Positions 43,778 through 57,933 of a DNA stretch of 64,000 nucleotides are shown here, in pieces. The stretch's first letter is position 1; each line of letters starts with the position of its first letter. The notes below the pieces were generated by a model. It saw only the letters and a list, made by a program, of their open reading frames with translations. It was not told where the DNA came from and ran no database searches. The translations under genes were made by a program, and so were the position numbers. The DNA is from the human T2T-CHM13v2.0 reference genome, Homo sapiens. The stretch is taken from NCBI RefSeq assembly GCF_009914755.1, contig NC_060938.1. One strand, given 5' to 3'.

Positions 43778-46700
43778 TCAAAGCAGCCATTCATTTATTC
43801 AAGGAATTGCTAAACTTTTCTAAGGGACCAGGCACTGGCCTGAGTGCTACATCGAGAGAGAGTAATAAGATCGAGGATCCCATTCCCACGTTCTGCACGT
43901 GTGTGTGTGCGTGTGTGTGTGTGTTTCGATCTGTGTGTGTTGGTGGGTGAATGGCTATGCAAATACATAACAATTTAATAAGTCTTATGATACTGGGAGT
44001 ACCTGACTCTGATTAGGGGGCACTGCTTTAATATCTGGCAATGGAGGATATATCCATCTTCATTCGCTCCTTCATGCCCCCATCTAACCTTGATTAAAGT
44101 CTGATTTCAAATAGCCCATTTGTTGAACATTTTATCAAGGTTTTTCAGGAGCCTGACAGAAAATGTAAAGTCGTCGTATGTTTTGTTTTGGGAAATACTA
44201 CTTCTAAAACTTATTTGAGTGTCTCAGCTTTTTCTTTCTTTTATTTTATTTTTTAATTAAAAAAATAATATTATCTTTTATTTGTCTTTAAGAGACAGAA
44301 CCATGTCTGCCTAGTACCTTCACTTGGTCAAATACCTCTTTTGGTGGAAACAACACAAATTATGTAGGTTGTATATACAGGATGAACTCGGTTTAAAGAT
44401 AAGACATGAAATTCAGTGGAAATATTCTTTAAATTCTAAACAGAGAAATCAAAACAAAGGTATATTCATACTGCATGTGGGTATAAGTTTTTTCTTACAT
44501 ATATTATATATACATATATAAGTGTAACACTTTTAAGAATTTTATTGACCATCTAAATATATAGCAAAATCAGCTGGGGGTACAAGAGTGTAACTACTTC
44601 CTTTTTTCCTAAGTTGTGGAAAATGTGAGAAATGAGAAGTAAGCAAGACGGAGGATTAGAATCACAAGGTAGGTTTCCCTAGTATGAATTCAGTACCTGA
44701 AAATCTTCTTAGTTCTGAGTTTGAAGCAGATTCTATAAAATCCTGTATTAAAATAAATACAGTAGGAATTAGCAAGGATGGGGGAATAGGAGTGGGCAGA
44801 TATGTTCTTGAAGAGAATAAATGCAGAACATTATTCTTTGTCAATTAATTTTTACTTTTTATAGATTGTTAGACTATTTAACAAATTCTTATGAGAAAAG
44901 TGTGTTTTTAAGTGATCTCTGGGAAGATGTTCCTGATAATAAATTAAATTAGGACTGTGCATTGCGGAGCCCCCACCAGTTGTACTCCCTCTGGTGAATT
45001 TAATACCAGACGCAACCTAGTTAGAGGTGACATGAAATCACAGAATTTGATAATCTTTTTTTTCAAAGTTAAGCAAATATAGATGAGCTCTTCTTGTATA
45101 TGTAAGATGCCAGATGGTGTTTTTGAGAAATCGATTCGTGTATAGTACCAGTCCAGACAAATGGGTCCAATCCTTCTATAGATAAGGCGACCCACTTTTC
45201 CTATTCAACCATAGGGCTCCGTTGTCTGGCACACATTATTTAACAAAGTGACATTGTGGAGTCATCAGTAAGAATGTGGCTTCTGGAGTGAATTTCTTTT
45301 TGAGTTTGAATCCTTTGCTGGGTGATCCTGGCCAAATTTCTTAACCTGTTTGAACATTAGTTTCCTCGTCTCTAAAATGTGAGTAACAAGAGTTTCTCGT
45401 AGGAACTATGTAAAGGTAAAAAGAAACTGTCTAGCATAGTGCCTGGCACATAATATAATTTCATAAAGTGTAACTCTTGTTATTAAACTGGATAGCTCAA
45501 TAGATATTGCTCCAGAAACACTAGTGCATGAGGCTGCCATTACGATCGCCAAATGATAGCAGCTGTGAACTGCCACTCCAAGCCCTTTGCAGATGCATGT
45601 ACTTCTTCGCAAGGGCTTCTAGTCATTGACTTACCCAGATCTATCGTCACCTCTTGAAGAAACAACCAGAAAACACTTTCCCTACTTACAGTGAAATAAG
45701 TGAGTATCCTTCTACAGAAGGACAGTTAGTTCTTGAACCAAGGGACTTCAATGCCATATGAGAAAAATTGTCTTGTATACAATATCTTTGGAGAGTGAAA
45801 GAGTTTTAAGCATCTTGATATTAGAAATTAAGGCTACAATGCATTCAGGTTGCCTATAAGTTATTCATTTCTGTATCTTGTTGTCAGGAAAAAAAAAAAG
45901 AATACTTCAAAATTAAGTTTTTTCCATCTAGGATCTCAGATCTCATTGTATAATTTTCATCATTCAACTGGATTTAATAGGTCTATCAGTATGTACAGTA
46001 AATTATTTTCAAAATTCTTCACCTAATAGCTAAAAAGTAAGCCCTAATCTGGTTTTCTGTGAAATTGTCCTCGACAGAATAAATAGTTCAGGTGTCTGAA
46101 AAGAAAAATTCCATATTCCTATATCTGGGTTGACACTTAAGACTGCGTTTGTGAAGCCTCCTTATATCTTGAAGACAGGATGTATCTATCTTGCTGGTGA
46201 GAATTTTGCTGTTCTGGAGTCTATATCAGGTACCTCAAACGTGATGAGTGATAGAGGTCATGTTTTGTTGTATCACAGTTTGTTGAATCTCCCTCCTTAG
46301 AGATTCATTTGACTGAAAAATTAACAGGTTTATTTGTGCAAATGGTAGTTGCACACCCAATTATTGCTTCTGGGTTTCCCATGTGACTAGCCAAGACTCA
46401 AGGTGAAAGTTTGGCCTGCAGCTTTGGCAAACAAAGGAGAAGCTAATGAATCATAAAGGTCACATCTTCTTGAATTTTCTTCTCTTTCTTCACTGTTCTG
46501 ATTACTTTTAAAAAATCTCTATTCCTTATATATTCTGAGTACAAAAACTCATTAGCAAGATTTGGTTCTGTTGTCTGGAGAATTTTCTGCTCACTGCAAT
46601 AGGAAGGTGATCCAGGTACCACATAACTGTCTCCATGAAGATGTTTGCAATATGTTATGAGTTTTTTAAAGTTATTGTTTGAGAAAAGGCCATATAAGGA

Positions 46701-47749
46701 GATAATTTTTGCTTATTACTAATTAGCTTACCCCTCTTCTGCTGTTCTTACATTTATGACTATTTACTTGTAAATAAAAGTTATTGATCTTTTTAGAAGT
46801 CCATTGGATTCTGCTGCTTTTATTTTTGAGAATCATTTTAACTTACAAACACATATTACCTTTTCCAAAAAGTGACCACATAGCTTTGTGACTCCTCCCT
46901 CATATATTTTGAGCACACAGAAATTACCATCCTCTCACTGAGTACTATACATCGGGGCCTCTGGCTCTTACCTCCTTTCTCAGATCCAGGACTGAATGCA
47001 TAGCTGAAAAGATGACTTTAGTCTTTATTCACAACCTGTAAACTAAAGAAGGTCATTAAAAAAAATTCTTCGTATCTTGCAAACAAAAGAACTGAGATAC
47101 CTATCTAAGAATGGCAAGTCTGAGAAGCAAATACCTGGCTCTAGCCCTCTGCCATAAGTTTGCAAGCTTGTGTAGACCTTTGTCTGAGAATTGGTTAGGT
47201 ATAGAAATACACTTCAGCAGAGACTTGACCTATATGACTTTCAAATTTGTTATGATTCTACAATTAGTGTTTGCTAAAATCAAAACTGTAGAATATAGTA
47301 TAGAGAGTATATTAATTGTTGGCTCTATGCTGACCCAAAATGAAGTCTTTTAAGAGATTAGAGTACTACACTGTCTACATTTAACCAGGTGTCATATAAC
47401 AATTAATGAAAATTCAACGTTTTATACTTAGAATTTTTAAGTAATAACAGATGATGGATCAAGATTAAAACTGTATTGACAGCCTAAGCAAAGAAATAAA
47501 ATCTAACAAAAGAAGCTTTAAAAGAAATGAATGTAAAATCCTATATTTTGATTAAATAAATCAAGTTTGCAAGTACCAGGTATAGGAGTTTTGGACTGAC
47601 AGAACTTTACACTAAACAAGATGTAAAAGTTTTAGTTGTACATAAATTTAAAATGAACCTGCCTTACTGTTTCTTTTAAAAAAATTAAGAAAAAAAAACT
47701 CTACGCAGTATTAAGTTCTATTAATAGACTTCTAATTTATTACTAAATT

Positions 47750-48330
47750 ATGTTGACTCTTCATCTGAAATGTATCTATCTTTTTACTCCATTAATTTCT
47801 CTTCAGTGATCTAGTCACAGACCTTATTATCCTTTACATGACAGTAGCTTAATAATGGTATCCTTGCTTTTCTCCCTACTACAGTCTGTCCTCTGCATGT
47901 AGCCAATGTTATACTTGATGACTTAAATCTGATCATATCATTCCCAAGTAAATAAGCCAACAATGGTCCTCAATAATTACCGAATTAATTATTCCCTGAG
48001 AAATGGGGCCCCTCAGTGTAATATCTCATCTCAATCATTTTTTTCTTTAGTTTTGCAGATAGCACCTGCCATTTCTAAATATGTGTCTTTAATTCATCTT
48101 AACCACTTCGGATTATGACATCCTAAAATTGCCATATATTTTTATATTTCCATACTTTTGCTCAGGATCTTCTTTGGTTAAAATAATCTTTCCTACTTCA
48201 CCTTTGACCAACCACTGCCAGTGATCCATGAGATTCAAATGTCTTCTCATTTGGAAGGACTGCCTGATAACCTGCTACCTCAGCTTCAGGAGAAACCAGT
48301 TGCTGGCCTCTGTGCTGTTCTCCTACCTCT
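47750..48330 (-). mobile_element. L2 remnant
   Basis: 'cttaataatggtatccttgct...cttaaatctgatcatatcattccc'; similar at ~52780-53190. Confidence 0.6.
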
Positions 48331-50559
48331 AAACAGAATGTAAAGTACTATTATTTTCTCTTCAATTGACAAGGCGCTTCTATGATTGTTCCCATCTTCT
48401 GTTGGTATTATTTTTAATAAAAAGATCTCATATATTGTGTTAAAGTACTAACCTTGAGAAGACCCCCAGTCTGAAAGAAGAATATTTCACTTCTCCCTTC
48501 CCCATTTTCAATCACACATATTATTGAATAATTTTGGTTAACATCCTTAATATTCTAAAGTATCTTGAAACAGTTATTTTTTCTATTTTCAGAAATAAGG
48601 TTTTAGTGATAATACTGAAAATTCTAAACTGTGAGCTTTTGTTTCAGGGATAGAAATTTAAAAAATCATGAGGTCTTCTGTCATGATTTTGAATGTTTAA
48701 TCTACTTTGTCCAGTGGGCTTCTGAATCTTTTGTGATTGGCACGTGTTACTGAGATGCAGACACATGCAATTCTGGTGACCGAGTTCTCAAGCTACAGTT
48801 TATTATTTCACACTGCAGTAAATGTATGGACTGAGGGTGAGGGGACTGTCAGAAGATGTGTGTCTTGGGTGCCTGAATAATGCTTCTTTTGCTATTCACT
48901 TTCATCTTAATTTAGAGTCATATATTTCTTGTTACCTTTTGGTTTTCCCCGGCACCTAACAATGTAATCTTCACAAAGCAGTGCTACATTCTAAATTTAT
49001 AGTGCAGTAAATGAAAGAGGTTGGATCCATTGTGCTTCATAATTCAGAGGGAAGAATGTCTGCAGAAAGAAACGTGGGTATTCTTTGGAATGCCATATGT
49101 GCAATAATTGAAACATTTTGAGGAATTTCCAATTTACCTCTTAGGAGGAATTCAGGTTTTTGTTCTTTTTGAAAAGAAGATGATTGTTACAGACTTGGGA
49201 AATCCTAAAAGAAAAAAGAAGGACTGTTGGGACATCCTGGTTGTTCTTGACCCCCGCAAGAACAGCTACAGTTCTTTCAGATCACAGCACTTGAAGTCAG
49301 AAGCCTAAGTGGGTGTCCAGAGAATTCAATGCCGAAAGGTTTTGCCCCTCTTAACTCTCCTGACCACTAGCATTCTCTCTACCTTAGTGTGTGGGTAGGT
49401 CTTTGTTATGTCTCCAGACTCACACTAGTTTTTTAAAAAAAATACTTAGGTAAATAGCAGTGGGACCCCAATTCTCTTTTTCTTGTATTCCAGATGAAAA
49501 AGAAAAAAACTCACCAGTTTAAAGTGCTCGTTTCATATGTTCACGATATCTAATAGATGTTAAATTTTGGTACCAGGAAGTGAGAGAGTGATATGAAGGA
49601 ACTAGTGAAATAAGATTTTAATACCTGGCAACATTTCATAGATGATAACACTGGTCCACTTGAACACTTGCCATTTTTTATTCATTATATCTGGTCTAGA
49701 TGGGTCTAGCTAAAACTTTATTCCGTGCAACACAGCTCTTGCCTATTTAGAAGCCTTTAACTGTGTGTTTAATTATCACCTGGAGTGGTTCTTTTGCAGA
49801 GAAAACATAGAACGTAGGATCCAGTCTTTCACAATGCAAAAGTTGAACCTCTGTCACCTGGCATGCTTGAGGAAATTTCAGAAGCTTTGTCCTCACCTTA
49901 GACCCACTGAATAAGGTCACTAAGGAATGGCACCCAGGAATCTACATTTTACAACCTCTCCATTTAATACATATGCTTGCTAGAGGTTAAGCAACACTGT
50001 GGGCTCACCTGTAGCACGTAGCACTAATCAGACAAGACTCAATATCTGGCCAGACTTTTAGATGATAATCACAAGAAGCAATAACATTTTTCTGAAACAA
50101 AACAAGTGGCAAATGATACTGTGAAATCTCTGGCACTGGTTACCCAATATCCACACATACCCCACTTAGCTCTAGATTAGAAAATAAAGAATGAGATTCA
50201 GCCCAGAGGCAGCCATGCGCACAGGTGCACAATTTGGAAAAAATGAGACCAATTCTTAAAAAAAAAATCAAGCTGAAGTCAAAGAAGCTTAATAAAAATG
50301 TAAATCCTCTTTCAACTGGCTCCATGTTTTCTGTCTCTTCATGAACACCTGCCACCTGGTGAATAATGTCAAGGCCTCTCAGAGTGGGTCAGGAAAGCAA
50401 AAAGGCCCATGGCCGGAAATGCTATTAGGCATTCAAAAATGAACAATCCAGGTAACAAAAACTCATGTCAGTGGTGCAGGTACGATGGCGTATTCTCTTC
50501 ATAAGAAACACTATGCAAATGAATCGCAAAGCGTGAGAGAGCAGAACTTTTCACTGCTG

Positions 50560-50950
50560 CCTTCTGTCAAGTTGGGAACACTGAGGTGAAGATTGAGTGC
50601 AGGGGATTTGGGGTGGGGAGGGTCCCCTGTGAAACAGTTTCTGAATGAAAGTGAGGGAAGCAGGCATGGGATAGAAGGATAATTTGGTCTGAGATGCAAG
50701 TGCGGCTAAAGCCTCAGCCAGTCCCACGGTGAGCTCTGAAGTTAGGTTGTCCCTTCTGAGATGACCTAAATTGCATAAACGGATCTGAGTCTTTGTACCT
50801 CCCGTGCCCATCCAAACATCCAGTCACCATATGAGGCCACACCCATTGACTGAATCCGGTTCTGGAGAGGGACTGAGGTTTGGTGCAAGTTGTCCGCAGC
50901 CAGGACTTCCAACATCTGGAGGATGAGCACCCTAATCTTGAAGGCTGAAT
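50560..50950 (-). mobile_element. ERVL LTR (LTR33-like)
   Basis: 'gggaagcaggcatggg...gcctcagccagtcccacggtgagctctgaag...cccttctgagatg'. Confidence 0.65.
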
Positions 50951-51508
50951 TCAGTAGCACATCCACTGCAACTGAATATCTGATTCAAGGCCAAAAATTG
51001 TGGAGCTCAGAGCCACAACGGGCTTCTGATCTTCCACAGGCTGCTGAATGCCCCTGGCAGTCCACTGAAGTGATAATGTTAAGGAAGGAAATGATTAGAA
51101 GTAATTTGCTGAGGGATCAGAGTTGCATTTGGAGCTATCAGCAAGTAATGAAGCAAGAATGTCAATCGACAGGTGAATCAAAGTCAGGGCAAAAGAAAGG
51201 GAGGAGGAAATTTGCTCAAAAAAAAAAAAAAGCCATTACTTTCATTGAGGCCTGGGATGAGGTAAGTAGAGAAAGTTTGCAACTGCCAGAGATTGCTAAA
51301 TAGGAAAAAATCTTTTGTGCACGTGTTGCTGGTGGGATTGGGACATGAAAGATGTTGTGGGACAGAATCTCACTGGAAAAGTCAAGAATCAGAGCTGGTT
51401 TCAAAAAAACTCAACCTTCAAATAAAGGATCCCCTATCTCTATATTGAACCTGGCAATGAATACCTCTTTCTTTTCCTTATTGGTTGGCAAGGATGTAGA
51501 ACACTAAG

Positions 51509-51509
<1 letters not shown>

Positions 51510-51555
<46 letters not shown>
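51510..51555. repeat. (CA)n microsatellite at an Alu tail
   Basis: About 22 CA units. Confidence 0.95.
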
Positions 51556-51559
<4 letters not shown>

Positions 51560-51562
51560 TTC

Positions 51563-51857
51563 TTTGTTTGTTTGTTTTGAGACAGGATCTCGCTCTGTCA
51601 CCCAGGCTAAGTGCAGTGGCATGATCATAGCTCACTGCAGTCCCAATCTCCTGAGCTCAGGCTATCCTCCTGCCACAGCCTCCTGAGGAGCTGGGACTAT
51701 AGGCATGGACCATCACACTTGGCTGATTTTTAATTTTTTGTAGAGATGAGGTCTCCCTGTGTTGCCCAGGCTGGTCTCAAACTCTCGGACTGAAGGGATC
51801 CTCACACCTCGGCCTCCCAAAGTGCTAGGATTACAGGCACGAACCACCACACTTGGC
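51563..51857 (-). mobile_element. AluJ
   Basis: 'gatcatagctcactgcag...ctcctgagctcagg'. Confidence 0.92.
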
Positions 51858-53929
51858 AAATATTTAATTAAATATTAAATATATCTAATTGTTTGATAAA
51901 AAGGGAGAGAGGCTCTCCTTGATGGAAGTAATAGGTTCTGGAATGCAGTGAGTTCTGCTCGGAATGCCCTCTGACCACTGCCTCCATGTGTCTAATATAA
52001 CCTATGACATTACCCATAGAGGTGCCGCTTTTTCATTGGGGGACACTGCTCCAAAAGTGCCTGGAACCAGGTTAAACCATTGAGGTTATAAGGAATAAAG
52101 GGCCTTTATAATAAAGACCATTTCTGTGACTGTGTTCTGAAACTGATAAAAAGCACTTCTTTCTGTCTTTGGTGTCTTCCTTGATAGTTGTAATAAGAAT
52201 AGTAGTAGTTATTCTTCTTTTTCTTTTTTCTTGTTTGATTTGTAAAATAAAAACACTTTTCCTTTCCTCTCTGGTGTTTGAATGCACCCAGTCTCATTTC
52301 AGCAGTCCACAATGACATACTGAAAGTTGTAATAGAGCTACAGCTTTGCTGTATAGAGGTCCATGGATATGTTTTCTAATTATAATCATTTTTGAGCTGT
52401 TTGTAACTATTTCAGACTGCTTACCCAGCTGTATGCCACTGGCTTGTTTCTATTTCAGGAATCATCTCTTCCTCTTCTCCTCCTTCCCCCTCCATTCCCA
52501 AATCCCCACATTAGTAGCGGCCAAGTTATTTTCAAGTACAGTGTATATGTAAGTGATCTTGATCTGCTAAGAAAAGACATACTGTTTGTTTTTATTGGGC
52601 AGGCAGCATCCTAGGGAAAAGGAGAATTACAAGTCTAATTTGGTTAGGAAGCATCCTTTTTCGCAACAGTGAGGACTGCAGGTACCACTAAAATCATTGC
52701 TGTTCATTACTAATTGGATTAAGTCCTCTCTGTTCCACCAACCCTGCTTTTAAAATTTCTTCTCTGCTTTTCATTCAGAAACTGCCTCAGCCTGCACTCC
52801 GTTATCTACCTCCAGGCTTTATTGCAACACCTCCCACTGCCTCTCTCCTGGACCACCTTGTCCACGCTGCACACAGTTGCCAAATTCAACTTTCTGTGTT
52901 GCAAACCTTGTTGTGGCTCCCCCTGTGTAAAAACCTTTTAGTGTTTCTCATCTCCATGAATCACTAATCCATGGTGCTTAGTAGCATGTCAAAGGCCCTT
53001 CCGAATCTATCTCTAGCCTACCTCTGTGGACCTTATCTCTTGGCTCTCCCACCTGCCCCCACCCACACCTCTACCCCTTGCTTTTTGCTTTTCTTTTCCC
53101 CAAATTCTGAGCTGCTTATACGTTCTTTCCCTTCATGGTGTTTTATACCTCAGCGCTTTCATGCATATAGTTCCCAGTGTCTGGAATGATCTTTTGGATA
53201 AATAGTGACACTTCAAGAAATATCTTTGTCCCAACTTCAGAAACCTAATTTTCATTGTGATGAATAGCTCCCACAGTTTTTTCCCCGGGCTATTTTGCAA
53301 GTATTGAGGATTCACATGTTAATCCTGAAATGTGCGTTCTAAAAAAAAAAAAAAGCTCCATCTGAGAACCCATTAAACCTCTAGTTTAAATACCCAGGCA
53401 TTCTTAAAAATCGAATTTGCCTTGTCTTTGCTGCAGTGTCTTCTCAGGTAACCAATGCAGCCATGTCAGATTGATACATCATGTTGTTAAGACCCCCATC
53501 TGTCTCTAGGGTAGTAGAAAAGATGCAGCTACGGAAGAGAACAGAACTGTGCTCCTGAACATGGCGTGGCTGCCTAACCTCACAGATAATCCTGAAGCAG
53601 GCAATCTCTGCAGACTTCTGGGGTGATTTGAGCATGTGTAGCTTTTGCTGGCAGCTGAGAGAAATGGGAAGTCCCCTGAGCTGAAAGTTGGGAGCACTAC
53701 ATCCTCATCAACCTAAATCTGCCACATACAATCTCTGTGATCCTGGGGAAGTCACTGGACCTCTTTGAGTCATGCTGTCCTCAAATGTAAAATGAGTTTT
53801 ACATTTAAATGTTCTAAATAAGTTCCTTTAGAATGTTTCAATTAAAAATTTATCCATCTGTATCAGATAATATTGGTGATCTCATTCAATTTTTTTAGTT
53901 CCCTTTTTGATTATTTTTGTACCCCCAGG

Positions 53930-54213
53930 CCTCAGCGTGGCTTCTCTTGCAATAGCCAGCATGGCTTGTTCTTAAGAAAGTTGTCCTCAGTCTACTACTC
54001 TATTGCCTCTGGCTGGAAAAACTCGGGTAGGTGCAAGGTGTCCACCAGCATTTTCTCCTGGGATCGGGCTGCTGCCAGCTCTGGCACTTTGCCTGGGACT
54101 ATAGCCTTGTCTGGACTCCCCTTTCCCTCTGCGTGGGAGTGCTTCCTTATCAATCATTTGCCCTCGAATCCATGTCTTAGGATCTGCTTATGGGTTGGAC
54201 TCAGCCCAAGATA
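53930..54213 (+). mobile_element. ERVL LTR remnant (LTR16/LTR33 group)
   Basis: 3'-end signature 'atcaatcatttgccctcgaatccatgtcttaggatctgcttatggg...cagcccaagata'. Confidence 0.55.
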
Positions 54214-57163
54214 TTCTCTATCTAGGTATCCTGGTTGAGTTTGTTAATAAAAGTTCGGTTTGGATTTAGACGAGACAAACCAAACTTGGTTAGGGTAAAT
54301 AGAGGAGGAAGGTGCCTTGTTTCCTAAATTGTGTTTGATAAAGTGCTTAATAAGGGCGGCTTCCAAAGTGGTTCCAGGTAAAGAAGTACTAAAAAGGCCT
54401 CTTTATTAATGTGTGGATTTTCTGTCACTGATGTTTGTCTGCCTATGAATAGTTTAGACTAGATTTTTCAAGTAAGCACTTTATAATATCTGTAACTCTT
54501 TCTAGGTGTTTTATAAACAACTAACTGAGTAGAGCAGCAACAACAAAGAGCTGTAAGTTTTCTGCCAGTAACTTCTAGTTTTTACCTCCTCAAAAGCTAT
54601 TTTAAACAAATATGTGTCTAATTAAATCTCAAGGGAATGTGAAATAAAAACTGGAATTTGAGTTCAGAGTACCTGAAAGAGCATTTTTGGAAAAGACTTT
54701 GTTTATGCCATTTGTGCATATGTAGATGGAATCAAAATGTATAAGATAATAAGAGAAAGGTGCCATTGAGCCTCCAAGTAGAAGCCCGATGACTTCACTT
54801 ATGCCCGGCTGATCACCCAAGTGTACAGTTAGTCATGATTTGATATCTGTTGTAGATTAAGCCTGTTGCACACAGTTTCTACCCTGATGTTTGGCATGGG
54901 CCATGCACCATACATTGAAACAAGATTTTGAAGTAAATAGAACCACATTTTCCACTTTCTTTCATGCAGTTATTTTCTCTGCAAGATGCATTCTGGCTCC
55001 TTTTGTGAAACCTCAGATTTGATTCTACAAGCTGCTGAGAAACACAGCACCTGCATGCCACCCACCAAAGAGAGTGTTTACATAGTCTGTTGTACATAGA
55101 AAGCATGTGGGTGTGAGTATACGTATGTGTGATGAAATGGTTCAATTGACATTGTACTTACAAGATAAACTGCATGTATCACCAAATTATTTGACTTCTC
55201 TACTCAGAAAGCATTAAATTTTGAGGTTTAAGTAGACATTAAACATTTATAATTTAATATACATTTAATAAAATTAATATTTATGAACACATTTGCCTTG
55301 GGAATTAAAAGTGGAAAACAGTGTCATTTACTTGCTAATGGCCACCACGGTGCCATGCAGTTACAGATTTGATGGCCTGCATCCCAGTGACATTGCTCCA
55401 AGACCAGAGACAAGACCATTTTTTGTTTGCATGGAGCTAAGTATTATTTTCAGAAAATCAAAACCAAAAGGTATGTTTTGCTTCCTAGCTCAGGGTCTCT
55501 GGAGACCTGACCTGCCAGGTATCATTTGCTCATTTTATTTAAAGAAAATAAAATAAATATTCAATGGAGAAGTTAAAAGTCTCTTTCCAACTCAACTCTA
55601 TATCTCAAAGAATTATTTTCTCATTCTGTCAAGCCATGTTAAAATTTTCAAGTAAAGTCGTAATCATTTCTACATTTTCTTTCCTGTTTGTCTTGCATCT
55701 CTTAAAATGGTTTTAATGTTAGAAGCTACTTGACAATGGATGTGAAAATAGATTTAACTCAGCAATCAATATATTATCAATAATAATCATTAATTTATAC
55801 ATAAACATCACATGGGTAGCTTTCCAAGTCCATCCTGTTTTTTGTGGGCTCTTATGCTGGTTCAGAGATGATATATGCCATTTTTATAAGGTGAAGAAGT
55901 GGAGCAGTATAAATTGTACCAAGCAAGTATTGAGCACTGCGAAGTTCACTGTTCCTTAGAGAAATGAGCTATGCATTTACTGCTAAAAACAAACCTTTCA
56001 TAAAATATTTTTTTGGGCACCAACCTAGTGAAGGAGTAAGGAAAAGAAGTGGATGGTTTTAGCATTTACCCTATGGAAGCTTATAGCCTGGATGGCAAGA
56101 TCAAATTAACATGAGAAGGCAGTTTGGTGTAATGGTTAAGAGCCTTCGGATTCAGCCAAGGCAGAAAGTGATTTGAATTCTAATTGAGCCCCTTTTTAGC
56201 TGTACAACTTTGTAAAAGCCCTTTACCTTCTATACCTCAGTTTTCTTATCTTTAAAATAGAAATGCTAATATCTACCTAATAGTGTTGTTACTATTGTTT
56301 CTTAAAGATTGACAACAAGGCGTATGAACAGCATGCCTGGAAAATACTGGATGCTCCTCATAAGTAGTTATTTATTTATTAATATCACTGACACAAGTGA
56401 AATAATCCATCTCTTCCTACCCCAGCACACTTATCATAACAAATTTGTAATTTGTATGTTTACAATATCTTTTCTGATGAATTGATCCCCATAGTATATT
56501 TAGAGCAGTGGTGTCTGGATTTGTATAAATCTCTGTAACTCTAGAACTTCACCCAGTGGCCAATACATAAAAGATTCTAAATAAATATTTGTTGTTGTCA
56601 TTGTAATAGGGGAAGAGTATGCTCCAAAACAAAGATACTGATTTTAAAAACGACCACACTTTCAAAAAAAAATTTTTTTTAATTCTAGAGACCAGCATCG
56701 AGAGTAGGAGTACTCAGTACGATTATTTACGGTAATATATTTATTGGGTAAATTAGGCACCATCTGGTGTGCTAGCTTAGATGGCTCTAGTTCTTTATTA
56801 ATAGATATATGAGACTCTGGGGTAATAGGTTGCTAGATCCATATGCTATTCAGGAGACAAATTTAGTATACGGTAAGCTTGCTACAGGATCAAGTCGCAT
56901 AAGAAAATGAATTGAAGTCGAAGAAATGCTTAGGTTAACCCAACAACTCTGATAATTGACCAATGTGGCAAGGGCCATTCTGTTCCAAAAATAATTAACA
57001 ATATGATCAGTAGTGAATTAATGTTGTTACGGATTATAGGTTTCAAATTTTCCCTTGTTAGGAAAATCACCTTTTAAATAATCTCATAGGGTTTTGAACA
57101 AAGAGCACAGTGTTTCTTTTTTTTTAAATAGAAACCCATACTTGAGAAGGTAGCAAAGAGTAG

Positions 57164-57604
<441 letters not shown>

Positions 57605-57874
57605 GACAAACAGAAAATCTTAGAGGGGCATCAAAGCAAATCATATGGATGGAGAGTGTGAATATGAAGAAAAGCATATTCTTTCTTCACACACACACAG
57701 TATGTGTGTGTGAAGTAATCTTCAGCCAAAGCAAAGACTAAAATGACCTGTTCAATAAGATGGAAGCAAACTTTAAAAAACAAACAAACGACAAAAAAAA
57801 AAACTGTCCTCCTTCTCCGCCAAATTCAGGATACATGTTTTATCAGCCCATGTGCTATTAATCTATTTGTGATT

Positions 57875-57933
57875 ATTCTATTTCATTTTCTCTCCCATGC
57901 TTTTCTCATTTCTTCTCCTCATTCTAGGTGAGT
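57875..57933 (+). other. Candidate recursive splice site (polypyrimidine tract-TAG|GTGAGT)
   Basis: ~50-nt pyrimidine-rich tract with no AG, then AG at 57926-57927, directly followed by consensus donor GTGAGT at 57928-57933. Confidence 0.4.

Noticed and set aside
53420-53455. Second AG|GT site (CTCAG|GTAACC)
   Set aside because: Weak donor, with an upstream AG interrupting the pyrimidine tract
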